A stretch of 64,000 nt of DNA, taken from contig NC_043012.1 in the NCBI RefSeq assembly GCF_006345805.1, positions 2,294,001 to 2,358,000 on the forward strand, in the 5' to 3' direction. This document shows positions 28,793-41,001 of this stretch, in pieces. Under the pieces are notes generated by a model that did no database searches, was not told the DNA's origin, and saw nothing but the letters and a program-made list of their open reading frames with translations. Source of the stretch: Octopus sinensis. Its lineage: Eukaryota. Numbering within the stretch: the stretch's first letter is position 1; every line of letters begins with the position of its first letter. The position numbers and the translations under genes are program-made.

Positions 28793-29255
28793 TCCCTGTG
28801 GGATGAAGTTAAAATAATAGAGAACACCACTGGAAAACATGAAAATTAAAAGAGGACGCACATATGCTAGGACACAATAACCGCCTAATCCGACCTAGGG
28901 CAGATAAGAATGTAATATGGGAACCAGTATTAAGAAAAGATATAATATTAGGTTTATAAGCCCAAAAATTCACTCTATAATTACCTACAGGCATATAGCA
29001 TAGGATAAGAGCTTCAGATTCTGGGTTCAATCCCAGGCAGGGACTTGGGAAATAATATCAACAGAAAAAATAAAACTAGCAAAAAAGAATACCTTAGGAA
29101 TGAGAACAGAGTACCCCATTAGTCAAATAAAAGGTTGGGTTCGAAATTCCACCAGAACACCTGATGAAGGCTGGATAATGCATCAGCCGAAATGTAACAA
29201 CAAACAAGGTGAGGACACCTATATGTACATAATTCCTCATCTCAAGAATATAGAA
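28793..29255 (+). mobile_element. Penelope-like element 3' relic: GIY-YIG endonuclease C-terminus plus pseudo-LTR with degenerate hammerhead
   Basis: Frameshifted translation SLWDEVKIIE / EHHWKT*KLKEDAHMLGHNNRLIRPRADKNVIWEPVLRKD resembles the C-terminal part of Penelope GIY-YIG domains (W..VKII..E..W..RK.KEA.H.......N..W.P.L). Downstream CTGATGA(29161)-a-ggctg..cagcc-GAAA(29189-29192). Confidence 0.72.
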
Positions 29256-29418
29256 TAGTGTCAAGAGTACTTTTAAAGTTTACTGTACTTTGTATATATA
29301 AAAGGTGATTAGAATTTCAATCACCTTATTTTAAATTGTATGGTTAATAAATACCATACTAAATTCTGGTGCCTCAACTTAAGTACCATATTAATCTGAA
29401 TCTCTCTCTCTCTCTCTC

Positions 29419-29529
<111 letters not shown>

Positions 29530-29619
29530 TGGCATTACAGGACCAATAACTTGGTGTAGAACTCAATATACATATGCTTCAGAATAGAGCATTTGTCAGA
29601 TACAGGGCTGTAATAATAA

Positions 29620-29799
29620 AAAATGAGATGACAAAGGAATAAACAATTAAATGTGATTCTTTTCTCAAATGAGTTGCATTTCATATTCGAGGCTCTGATG
29701 AAGCTATAAGGTGTTACTATGAGTCCACTGCATCTTTTTGCAGAAACAGCTGTAAGCTAATGAAGTTCATAATCATTTATTCCTTTGTCATCTCATTTT
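29620..29799 (+). mobile_element. Penelope-pLTR-like remnant with 24-bp inverted repeats enclosing a hammerhead motif
   Basis: aaaatgagatgacaaaggaataaa (29620-29643) is the reverse complement of 29776-29799; hammerhead motif lies between them. Confidence 0.6.
29692..29757 (+). ncRNA. Type I hammerhead ribozyme-like motif, helix II closing pair mismatched
   Basis: GCU-CUGAUGA(29695-29701)-a[gc..aaggugu/gcaucuu..gc]a-GAAA(29743-29746)-CAGCUG-UA-AGC. Palindromic helix III, 3-4 bp helix I, A.A mismatch at the base of helix II. Confidence 0.65.
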
Positions 29800-30705
29800 C
29801 ATGTGTGTGTGTGTGTGTTTATGTTTGTGCCCTATCACTGCCTGACAACTGGTGTTGGTGTGTTTACATCCCTGTAACTTTGGCTTAAAAATCAAACAAA
29901 CAAGTACTGGCTAAAAATTCTTCAAAGCAGTGCCCCAGCATGACCACAGTCTGACAACTGAAACCAGTGAAAGATAAAAAGTAAATGAAACATCACTGCA
30001 TCTGTTGTGTTTTTCTTAGATAAACAACCTGACTTGACTGTGAGATATATGATCCTTTTTCTTTCTTTCTTTAAAAGAGGCAAATTTATATTTAATCTTG
30101 GATGATAAAGGATCCTATGAAACAACCAATAATGATAAAGGGTGTCACATTTTAACCTAAAAGGCTTTTGTGTCATTATTGATTGCTATGTACTTTTTTT
30201 AGTGGTTCTTTCTTTCTCCTCATCACCCCTTCGTTCTCCCCTCTTCCCCCTTAAGGCATTCCATGAAGAAAACAATTCCTTTTGCAAAAGCAATGATGTC
30301 AGTTGATTCTGGCTGAGATTTAAATCTTTCATGCGAATGACAAAGAAACCATTATTATTAGGCTTACAAGGAGAAGGGGGGGGGGAAAACCAAAAAAAAC
30401 ATCCATTTTAAATATTTTACTGCTATTATTATTTGTGTGTTTGATTCAGATTTCATTTTTAGTTTTTACAGAGAAATGTATATTTTCTCTGACAAGTATC
30501 ATGCACTGCTCTGAAATTATTTGACATGTTTAAAAAAAAAACACAGAGGAAGGGCTGTGTGGTAAGTAGCTTGCTTACCAACTACATGGTTCCTGGTTCA
30601 GTTCCACTGCATGGCACCTTGGGCAAGTGTCTTCTACTATAGTCTTGGGCTGACCAAATCCTTGTGAGTAGATTTGGTAGACAGAAACTGAAAGAAGCCC
30701 AATGC

Positions 30706-30737
<32 letters not shown>

Positions 30738-30928
30738 GCTTTATTTAAAAGCAGCAGAAATATAACAAAAGCTGTTACTGAGTTTCGTGTTCTTGTTAAT
30801 TGGGAACGTGAAACTCTGAGTAACAGCTTTTATTATTTTTCTGGTGCTTTTAAATAAAGCATATTACTCTACCTATCGTATTTGAGTACTCTTTTTACCA
30901 CCTTGTTTCACATTTATGTGCTTACTCC

Positions 30929-30930
<2 letters not shown>
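30738..30930 (+). mobile_element. (TA)n-embedded foldback element with the 3' half of a hammerhead core
   Basis: About 55-bp imperfect inverted arms (about 30736-30792 and 30804-30864); gggaacgt-GAAA(30810)-ctctgag-TA-acagc; tail ends ccgg at 30930 before (TA)n. Confidence 0.65.
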
Positions 30931-30969
<39 letters not shown>

Positions 30970-30975
<6 letters not shown>

Positions 30976-31092
30976 CAAACTGGGACAAGAACGCAAAACA
31001 TTTAGAAGACGCTACAAAAAACACGGACGGGACATTCAAAGCCTTCAATCTTCAGTCAAGAACCAGATCATCCTCGCAATTTCGGCTGATGA
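30970..31092 (-). mobile_element. Short Penelope-pLTR-like fragment next to (TA)n
   Basis: Unique, CpG-retaining 120-bp piece between TA tracts; minus strand contains cagccGAAAttgc and gaCTGAAGAttgaaggc motifs. Confidence 0.4.
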
Positions 31093-31097
31093 TATAT

Positions 31098-31672
31098 ATC
31101 ATCATCATCATCATCATCATCATTTAGCGTCCGTTTTCCATGCTAGCATGGGTTGGACGGTTCAACTGGGGTCTGGGGAGCCCGAAGGCTGCACCAGGCC
31201 AGTCAGATCTGGCAGTGTTTCTACAGCTGGATGCCCTTCCTAACGCCAACCACTCCGAGAGTGTAGTGGGTGATTTTATGTGCCACCGACACAGGTGCCA
31301 GACGAGGCTGGCGAACGGCCACGCTCGGATGGTGTTTTTATGTGCCACCGACACAGGTGCCAGACGAGGCTGGCAGACGGCCACGCTCGGATGGTGTTTT
31401 TTATGTGCCACCGACACAGGTGCCAGATGAGGCTGGCAGGTGCCAGACGAGGCTGGCAGACGGCCACGCTCGGATGGTGTTTTTATGTGCCACCGACACA
31501 GGTGCCAGATGAGGCTGGCGGACGGCCACGATCGGATGGTGTTTGTTACGTCCCCAAAGCACGGAGGCCAGTCTATGCGGTACTGGCTACGGCCACGTTC
31601 GGATGATTTTCTTGTGTGCCACCGGCACTGGTACCACAAAGATACAAATTCCATTTATGCTCATCTATTTTG
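31098..31672 (-). mobile_element. (GAT)n-tailed SINE-like element with young internal minisatellite
   Basis: (CAT)n at 31098-31123; about 5-6 copies of an about 62-bp unit tgtgccaccgacacaggtgccagacgaggctggcgaacggccacgctcggatggtgttttta. Confidence 0.8.
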
Positions 31673-32881
31673 ATTATATATATATATATATATATATATA
31701 TGGACATATATGTGTTTATGTGTCTGTGTTTGTCCCCCTACCATCATTTGACAACCGATGCTAGTGTGTTTACATTCCCCATAACTTAGTGGTTTGGCAA
31801 AAGAGACCAATAGAATAAGTACTTAGCTTACAAAAAATAAGTCCTGGGATTGATTTGTTCAACTAAAGGCAGTGCTCCAGCATGGCCACATTCACATCAC
31901 TGAAACAAATAAAAGAATAAAAGAGTAATGTTACTGTTTAGCCACAGGATAACTCTTGTCAAGTAAATAGCGACATAGGATCAAAAGTGTGTCAGTCATG
32001 ACTATCATGTTCTTTTCTTAGTGTATAATATATATGAACTGCATTATCCAATGTGCCTCTTTATGGCAGTTAGATGGGTTTTGAGAGAGTTTTAACTGTT
32101 GTTTTTAGCAAGTTGAGTGTTCATTTAAGGGACTTCCTTGTAAAACGTGCAGATTTGTTGACAGTAGATGCTTATCACTTGTAATTCATTCATGTCGCAG
32201 TAAAAATAAAAAGTAAGAAATTCAATCTGATTTTTACATTATGGAGTGTAAATGTTTCCTCCCATAAAGGCTTCAGTGAGTGGATTAGCAGATGTTTTAT
32301 GTAGGAATGTTGCACAAGGAAATCAAGACAATCTCTGATGATGGACCACCACTACCACCACTACTACTAATAATAATAATCCTTTCTACTGTAGGCCTAA
32401 GGCCTGACATTTTAGGGGAGAGGTCTAGTCTACTACATCATCCCCAGTGCTCAGCTGGGACTTATTTTATTGACCCTGAAAGGATAAAAGGCAAATTCAA
32501 CTTTGGTGGCATTTAGACTCGGAATTTAAAGCTGGAAGAATTGCCACTAAGCACTTTTTCCAGTGCGCTAATGGTTCTGCTGTTCACTATCTTACTACCA
32601 CCACCACCACCACTACTACTACTACAATAATTCTTTCTCCTACAGACAAAAGGCATGACATTTTTAAAGGGCAGGGTTAGTCAATTTCACCAACCTCCGT
32701 GCTCAACTGGTACTTATTTTATTGACACAAGAAGGATGAAGGCCAAAGTTGACCTTGGCGGTGTTTGAACTCAGAAAGTGGAGCTGGAAAAATGCTGCGA
32801 AGCTTGTTAAGGATTCTGTCAGGTCACTGCCTTAATAATAATAATAATAATAATGATAATAATAATAATCCTTTCTATAAT

Positions 32882-33065
32882 AAGTGGTTCCTAATCTTTT
32901 CACTACTAAGGACCCTTTTTCCCTTTTATTTAAATGAGTTTCTTAATATGCTTACCCTTACACACACACACACACATACATATATATGTGTGTGTGTGTG
33001 TAATTTTAAATTTAGTTCACGGACCCCCAGTACTATCTTTGCAGACCACAGGTTGGGAACCACTG
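32882..33065. mobile_element. hAT-like MITE
   Basis: aagtggttcctaatct ... aggttgggaaccactg inverted termini, subterminal ggaccc motifs. Confidence 0.5.
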
Positions 33066-33607
33066 TACTATGGGTACAAGGCCAGTATTTCACTGGTACA
33101 TAATTTACTGCCCCCTGAGTTAGGTTTAGTGTGTGGTAGTGAGTCGATGTAATGTGCGAGTGTTGAACACTATACAACACTTCCAGAACTCGGTTTTACT
33201 GAGGTGCACAGGCCCTCTTGAAAATTTCATATTGCTATACATCCCAGTCCTTTGTCATCTCTGTGAGGCTCAACATCTTGAGATCAAACCTCACCGAGGT
33301 GTTAATTATAATAATTGTTTCTAATTTAGACGAAAGGTCAGCAATTTTGAGGAGTGGGTGTTAGTACCTTCAATCTCATTTCTTGATTGGTACTTTATTT
33401 TATTGACCTCAAAAAGAGTGTAAGGCAAAGTTGTTCTTAGCAGGATTTGAACTCACAATGTAAAGAATCATAACAAGTGGCAAGGTATTTTTTTCTAACA
33501 CGCTAGCAATTTTGCCAGCTTGCTGCCTTTGTAGTAGTAGTGGTGGCAGTGGCGGTTACTGCTGCAGCAGCAGTAATTTGGTCCTAACATTTGGAATAGT
33601 TGATTAA

Positions 33608-33827
33608 CCCTTTAGTGTTCAGATTACTCTGTTAAATATAATACTTTTTCACTCAAATTGTTTTGAATTAATCATGCATTATCTTGTAGCTTTGAGGTTT
33701 CAGTGATGTGATTGTTTATTTTTAGCATGACATTGTAGGTTAGGTGTGAGAGGCTAGATATCGACAGTTTGAATATAAAGCTTTTAGAATATTTGGGCCG
33801 GATAAGGCCGGTTTAAACACTAAAGGG
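33608..33827 (+). mobile_element. piggyBac-type MITE family A (220 bp), best copy
   Basis: TTAA(33604-33607)-CCCTTTAGTGTT...AACACTAAAGGG-TTAA(33828-33831). Related copies at about 1940-2085(-), 12026-12250(+), 12460-12655(-), 24850-25070(+), 35830-36055(-), 40420-40675(+), 42456-42652(+), 46027-46240(+), 56939-57074(+). Confidence 0.8.
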
Positions 33828-33993
33828 TTAAATCAATCCCAATACTTGACCGGAACTTTAATTTTATTGACTTTGGAGGAATGAAGGGTGAAGTTGGCAT
33901 AGGCGGGATTTGATCTCAAAACATTAAAGAGCCAGAACAATTACTGCAATGTATTTTGTCTGATGCTCTTATGAGTCTACCAATCCACTACCC

Positions 33994-34043
<50 letters not shown>

Positions 34044-35169
34044 CCTTTCTCATTTTGGCACAGAGCCAATAATTTTGAGGGATGGGAAAATTGATTACAT
34101 TGAACTGCAGTGCTCAACTGGTATTTATTTTATCGACACCGAAAGGATGAAAGGTAAAGTTGACCTCAGTGCCATTTGAACTCAGAAGAAATGCCACTGG
34201 GCATTTTACTTGGGTCTCTGGGAGAGGTTGCTAGTCTGTTGAGAGTAACTTTCCCAGAAAAATGTGGGGAAACTGAGAGGAAGTAGCAGTTAGGGTTTTA
34301 TCATGAGATAACTTTACTGGAATATGAACTACTCTTCCATGAAATACTTGGATGTGATCTGGTATATATATATAACAGGTTTACCAACCACATATTAACA
34401 CCAACAGCAAACACCTCCACACATAGTAACAGGGTTACTGTGGGCCCTGCAGGCCCACCTGACCTGCTGGAAGCGGAAGCCAATCCTTTTTGGAATCACA
34501 GTCTCTTAAAAAATAACATACTTGATACACTTGCTCCTGAAAGAAAAACAGGATTGTCATGGCTGGAATGGCTATGGTCATAGGTCACAATAACACCACC
34601 ACCATCCATACTTTCATTCTTTTGATGTATTTCTAACCACTTCTCTTTCCATCCTTCATTCCTTTCCTTATTTTCTCTTTCTGTCTCTCCTTCACATCTC
34701 TTCCTCTTTTTCTTTTTTCTCAGTATCTTTCCCTCACATTTGTCTGACTCTCTCTCCCTCCTCCTCCCCCTCCTTGTCCTCTTTTACCTCTCTCCAATTA
34801 TCATACTTCCTGTACAATTTCTGTTTTGTTTATATTCTCTCTCTCCCTCTCTCCCATACTCTCTCTGTTTGTTTATAAGTCATCACTGTCATATTTATCA
34901 AGTACTGAGTGCTTTGCTTTGCTGTTGTTGTCGTCGTTTGCGGTTGTTGTTGTTATTATTGGTGACTAACTGATCCTGTAGTAGCAGATATTTAGGTTAC
35001 AGAACAGCCAGGATTTACGTGCAAGTTAGGAGGTTAGAAGGATTGGGAATCAGAAATTGACAGATTTCACTGATAACAAGGGTAACATTAGCTGTCAGGA
35101 ATAAACCATTTTTGCAGACCCAAAGAAGAATTCACAGTCAAACAGTGATGATGTGATATATTTGTTACA

Positions 35170-35196
<27 letters not shown>

Positions 35197-35200
<4 letters not shown>

Positions 35201-35480
35201 GTAAATGTAATATGTGACAATTATTCGGTAGCCATGATAAAACTCTGAGTATTGGATGTTGGGGTGGAAATCCACACTGCCATCTCTTCAGTTATTCGGC
35301 CTTCAGAAAAAAGGTATTTTTCCGATGGCTGGATAACTGAAGAGATGGCAGCATGGATTTCCACCCCAACATCCAATACTCAGAGTTTTATCATGGCTAC
35401 CGAATAATTGTCACATATTACATTTACAGATAAATTCCTCTATTTACATAATATCGAGGTCTCTTTCATTCTTTTGTTGT

Positions 35481-35483
<3 letters not shown>
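35197..35483. mobile_element. (TA)n-embedded foldback element: about 105-bp inverted repeat containing a mutated hammerhead, plus 52-bp tail
   Basis: 35197-35301 pairs with 35327-35431. Right arm reads gataa-CTGAAGA(35337)-gatg..catc-c-AATA (in place of GAAA)-ctcagag-TT-ttatc. TA tracts on both sides. Confidence 0.72.
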
Positions 35484-35552
<69 letters not shown>

Positions 35553-36129
35553 CGAGATCCATGTGATTTTGGTTAGGCTGGGGATAAAAACTTAATGGTC
35601 ACGTGATGGGTGGATAGACAGTCACATGACATTGCTTACTCTGGGGTGAGTTGAAGAGAAGACATGTAGCATTGTTAGACTGAAGGTGGTGGTACAAACA
35701 TGTGGCATTGGTCTACTACATGGCTTGTAGTAGAGAGACAGTCACGTGACATTGTTTTATTACTTAACCTAAGGAAGAGATGCATCACTTTGAAGAATGT
35801 CAAATGACTATACCAACTGTTTACTTATTGACCCTTTAGCATTTAAACTAGCCCTTTCTGGCCCAAATATTCTATCCCTTTTTATGTTCCAATTAGTCAG
35901 ATCCAACCTCTCACACCTTTCTGACAATATCATTCTTAAAATAAACAATCGCATCATCAAAATCTCAAAGCTGTAAAATAATGCAGGATTAACTCAAAAG
36001 AATATGAATAAATATTTATAACATTTGACAGAATAATCTGAATGCTAAAGGGTTAATTAACTCATTAACTTTATTATGAAGAAAGATGAGGCAGCAGTTC
36101 CCAGAATTTTGTTGCTGTTTCAGGACTGG

Positions 36130-36430
36130 TGAGTTGTGTGTGGCTAATGTTCTGCCTTGACGTTTGTAAATTGACATCTTCTGGGAAAAACCTGAACAAG
36201 GAAGGAATTCCAAGCTGGTGATGTTCCACAGAGAAAAAGATTTGGCAAAATAGTCGTTAGTATGTTGGGTGTGGGATGGGACAATTTGCATGATGAGAGA
36301 ACTGGGTGTGGCTTTTGGTGACATTAAATAGATTTGTTGTGGAGGAGGTGAGATTGGGTGCGTGTCAGACTCAATTGAAGCTAAGCAGAAAAATACAAGT
36401 GATGCAGCATAGAGATACATTTGATACTAC
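36130..36430 (-). mobile_element. CR1/Jockey-group LINE 3' relic
   Basis: Minus strand, across frameshifts: HTNDYFAKSF..AWNSFLVQVFP..DVNLQT. Confidence 0.45.
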
Positions 36431-39400
36431 AGAGAAAGTGAGAGGGGGCTGATTGAAACACACACACACATACTCACACAAATTTCCTGCTTCATGTACT
36501 ATTCATAGCATAATAGGAAGCCTGTTATTTTCTCTGAAATGAAATGCAAATGAGTGCTGACATTGTTTATACGAAATCCAGTATCTATGTTATCCTAGGG
36601 GGTTTTAATCTATGTCAGCATGGTAGTTTAATCCAGAAAGCATTTTGTCAGCATAATTGAATGGAGAGCCAAAAAAAAAAAAAATCTTAAAGAGAGATAC
36701 CCCCCCCACACACACACACACAAAAAAACCTAGTACAAAGTGGTTGTGTTGCAGTGAATGAAAAGGAAAATAATATCAAGATTCAAGATATGTTTTCTAT
36801 AATTTGTCTTTTGTTAAGTTAGATAGATAGGTAGGGAAGAGTTAAAAAGAAATGTTAGAGAACAAAAAAAAAAAAAAAATTATTTTACGGAAACTGCAAA
36901 GTGAATAATGAAAGTGGGAAGGGCCAGGTGGGTTATTTTTTGTTTTGTTTTTTTTGTTACAGAGGAGAGGGTGTTGAGCTATGAGTTGTACTCAAGGAAT
37001 TAGGGGTGTGAGTGAGTAGAAGAGTTTGGAGGTAGTAATTCAGATAGTACTCACATAATAGTGCGTAGGTGTGAACAGGTGTGATATTGACCTAATAGAA
37101 TCATACAAGAGCAGGTGTGTACAAGTGGGTTTCTACATAGTAAAAAAAAAGTTTTTAAGATATAAACAAAGCATCATATTGTGTGTGTATGATAGGTGGT
37201 ATTGTGTGCTGAAACGTTTGCTTACCAAACACATGGTTCTTGGTTCAATCCCACTACATGGCACCTTGGCCATCTGTCTTCTACAATAGTCTCAGGCTAA
37301 CCAAAGCATTGTGAGTGGATTTGGTATAGAGAAACTGAAAGAAGCCTCTATGTATGTGTGTGTTATTGTCTCCTAACCTAAATGAGCATCACCATCATGT
37401 AAGATGTGTTCTTACCTTGCTTAGAAACGAGTGAGGATTGATGACAGGAAGAGCACCCGGCTGTAGAAAAATCTTCCTTTTCAAATTCTGTCCAACCCAT
37501 GCAAGCATGGAAAAGTGGATATCAAAATGATGATGAGGCAGAGGAGGAGGGTGATGTGGAGGGGGTGGGTATAACAAAACATATGTAAACATCATTATCT
37601 GCTCTGAATCAGTGGCCTTTTGCCAATGTGACAAATCACTTGTTGCTGCAGTAAGCTAGCAGAACTTTTGGCACATTGCACAAAACGCTCAGTGGCACTT
37701 CTGCTTCTTAACATTCTGAGTTCAAATCCCACTGATGTCAACTTTGCCTTCCATCTTTACAGGGTTGATAAAGTAAAGTACCAATCAAGTACTGGGGTTG
37801 ATTTAACCACCTTCTTTCTTTAAAATTGCTGGCCTTGTGCCAAAATGAGAAAGACAGTATTATTGTTGTTATTTCTTATTAATCTTATTAGTATTTAAAA
37901 GTGGTGGACTGGATAGAATCAGTTAAGCAGTGGACTATTTGCAGTCTAATGCTTAGTTATCCCTCTTTATATTCTGATTTTGAATCCTTCTTTGGCCAAC
38001 TTCGGGTTCCATCCTTCCTGGGTTGGTAAAATAAAATAAAAATACAAAAGGGGTTGATATAATCAATAATCTCACATAAAAAGCATCAGGGCTGATTTAA
38101 AAAGCACCCAATACACTTTGTAAAGTGGTTGGTGTTAGGAAGGGCATCCAGCTGTTGAAACTATACCAAAATGGATGTTTGGAGTCTGGTGTGGCTCCTG
38201 GCCTTGCCAGCTCCTGTCAAACCATCCAACCCATGGAAAATGGACATTAAATGATGATGATGATCTTTTCCCCTCCAGAAATAGTGTTATTTCTGCAACA
38301 ATATTAAAGTTGACTTCTTTTCAGCTTTCTAGGATCAACCAAATAAATGCTTGTCAAAAACAGCAAATATGTTGATCAATTACACTTCTCCATTAAACTT
38401 GTGGCCTTGTAGTACTAGTGTAGATAAATCATTGGCTGTTGGCCACAACTGGGAGAGGGCTCTTGTCCTTGATTGTTAAGGTAATTAAGAATTTGTGGAG
38501 TAACAAGATTAATTCTAGTGACTATCTCCCAATTATGTTTAGTTTATCTTTTACTTGTTTCGGTCATTAGATAGCAGCCATACTGGTGCACCACCTTGTG
38601 GAATTTTTTGTTGAATGAATTAACCTCATAAGACCTGTTGAAGGGTGGATAAGCTTCTTGTGCACCAATTGTAATCCAGGTGGGGAAAACTAATGGAAAC
38701 CACCCCAATATCTCTGCCAAGAAAACACAGAACAAAGTAACGTAATGGCTTCATCTGATGGGAGAATTCATGCCCAATTGGGAAAACTTTTATTTTAGGG
38801 TCAGCAATGAGTTGCAAAAGTATGCGATACATAACAACAACAGTGATAACTATATGAGTTAGCTTCTTTTTGATGAGATCTGTAGAGCAGGTCTTGGTGA
38901 CCAAATCCTTTGTTTTGGTTGAAATCCTTCCATTTCACATACATCACTATGTTTTTAGATGTGTTGAAAAAGACACGGCTGTCACAACTTCCCATGTCAC
39001 CAATCCTACAAATTTTGACTTACATATCTGTGTGTGTGTGTGTGTGTGTGTGTGTTTTTTTTTTTAAGGAATTTATTTTCTTGTATTTACAGAATTATAA
39101 CTGAAACGTCTGGAAAAAATACTCAAAGTTAAATTTCTGAATATATGTGATAAGGATTTAGACATTCTTCATTAGTTTCATTTCTTCCTCTTGACTTCAC
39201 GATCCTTTCAACTTAGATTGGTTACTTTGTGCTTGAAGTAGGTCTTATCATTTTCCTGCACACCAACTTTCTTCCTGCTTGTCTCTAGTCACTGTTGGTT
39301 GTACGTAGTTAGTCTCATAAGCCTTGAAAGTTTCTGTGAAAGAAAGAGAGGCTAGTTATTTTTAAATGGTTTTTAAAATACTGTTTAGCTAGTCAACAAA

Positions 39401-39963
39401 AAACACATGTAATTGTGACATGTGCAGAAGTAATGAAATAATGATTTAATGAATGTATTTAAAGTAATTAAATAAATTTTCAATTCCTAACATTTCATTA
39501 TAAATACTGTTAATGCTTGACATATGTTGACAGTGAAGCTAAGTTATAATAAAATAGACAGTAGGCTGTGAGGAAACTAGTAATGGTCTGTATCAGCAAT
39601 TAACATGTGTAAACAGTTCCAAGTGGAATAACAATAAATTGGTTTGCTGTGAGGAAGGTGTGGAAGAAGTTTTATGTTTCAAGCGAACTCTTTGTTGAAG
39701 AAATATGTTCTTTGAGTAAATAGACAATAACACGAAGTTGTGATACTACCAATACGTCAGATCGAGCAGTTAGGGAGTGCATAGCTTCACATAGCAAGGA
39801 ACTGGTATTATTAGAATTGAGGAAGTGAGGACAGTGACATAGACCAAGCTACTTGAACGAAGTCAAGCAAGGAGATAGAACCACTTGATGAATCTAGAGA
39901 ATTTTGTTGTTCTCTAGGATGTGATATCGACTTATAGAAACATTTATTATACTTTATAATATA

Positions 39964-40353
39964 CTAGCAGTATCGCCCGGCGTTGCTCGGGTTTGTAAGG
40001 GAAATAACTATATAAGCATTTTTAGAGAGTTTTAGCCAAAAAAATAGCAAAAAAATGCATTAAAAATGGAAAAAAAATTATGGTAAATTTTTTTTTTAAT
40101 CGTTGACTCATCATAGACATTTTTAGAGAGTTACTTCCCTTAGCGAAAAATGCATTAAAATGGAAAAAATGATGGTAAATTATTTTTAAAATCGTAGACT
40201 CATCGTAGATGTGCGCTAATACCCAGAAGGGCTCGATATGAATCATGACTATAAGATACCCGCTTTTGGTTACACTGCACCGCAAAATGTGGGAGTAGTT
40301 AGGAATCTAAATCGTAGGAGACAGACACACAACTTCTCTTTTATATATAAAGA
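39964..40353 (-). mobile_element. Non-autonomous Helitron (390 bp)
   Basis: Minus strand begins TC (TCTTTATATATAAAAGAG..) after A and ends with GC-rich hairpin CCCGAGCAACGCCGGG, then CTAG, then T: 5'-TC..CTRR-3' in an A^T site with no TSD. Internal about 100-bp duplication. Confidence 0.85.
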
Positions 40354-41001
40354 TTTGCATAACGAAGTACCATGTACCTACAAATCATTAATCTACAGAA
40401 TGTTGTTTATTCATTTTGTATTCAGATTTCTCTGTCAAATGCAATACTTGCTTATTCACATTGATTTGAATTAGTCATACATTACCTTGTTGCTTTAAAA
40501 TTTCAACGACGTGATTGTTTAGTTTTAGAATAACATTGTAGGAGAAGTGTGACGGGCTGCTTGAAGATAAAACAGGTGGAAAATTTGGGCCAGATATGGC
40601 TGGTTTGAATACTGTTTTAAATATGGCTGGTTTGAATACTAGTTTAAATATGGTTGGTTTGAATATAGAGAGTTATTCATTTTGTGTGACATTTGATTTG
40701 TTGCTGTTGAGCCTCAGGTCAACACCGAGTTCAGCTACATTCTCAGGTATTCAAACACTGATCATCTGATTTTTGTTTAAGGTATCATATATTGTGGACC
40801 AAATTTTCTTGGATACATGTCTCTTCCTCTTTTTTAAGTCAGAAAGGGTGTGATTTAAGATAAATTTGGCTACTATTTCTAGCAGGTTGTGTTACCACAT
40901 TGTCTTCCTCATTGGCCTTGGAGTTTGGTTGATTTTATTTTAATTGATAAACACTCAAACATTTGGAGAAGTGGTGCATATGTGTGACATTTATGCCTTA
41001 A

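Larger units (their letters stand above)
30552..31925 (+). mobile_element. SINE family 1 split by nested insertions into its internal (TA)n
   Basis: 5' half about 30552-30705, 3' half about 31710-31925; three other elements lie between. Confidence 0.8.

Noticed and set aside
31124-31764. Multiple 60-176-aa ORFs with repeated peptides
   Set aside because: Translations of a GC-rich tandem array inside a SINE-like element, open in several frames at once.
38630-38900. Possible Tc1/mariner transposase relic (minus strand FLGRDI..FPHLDYNW, loosely like WPP.SPDLNPLDY)
   Set aside because: Similarity too weak to call by eye; needs a translated search.
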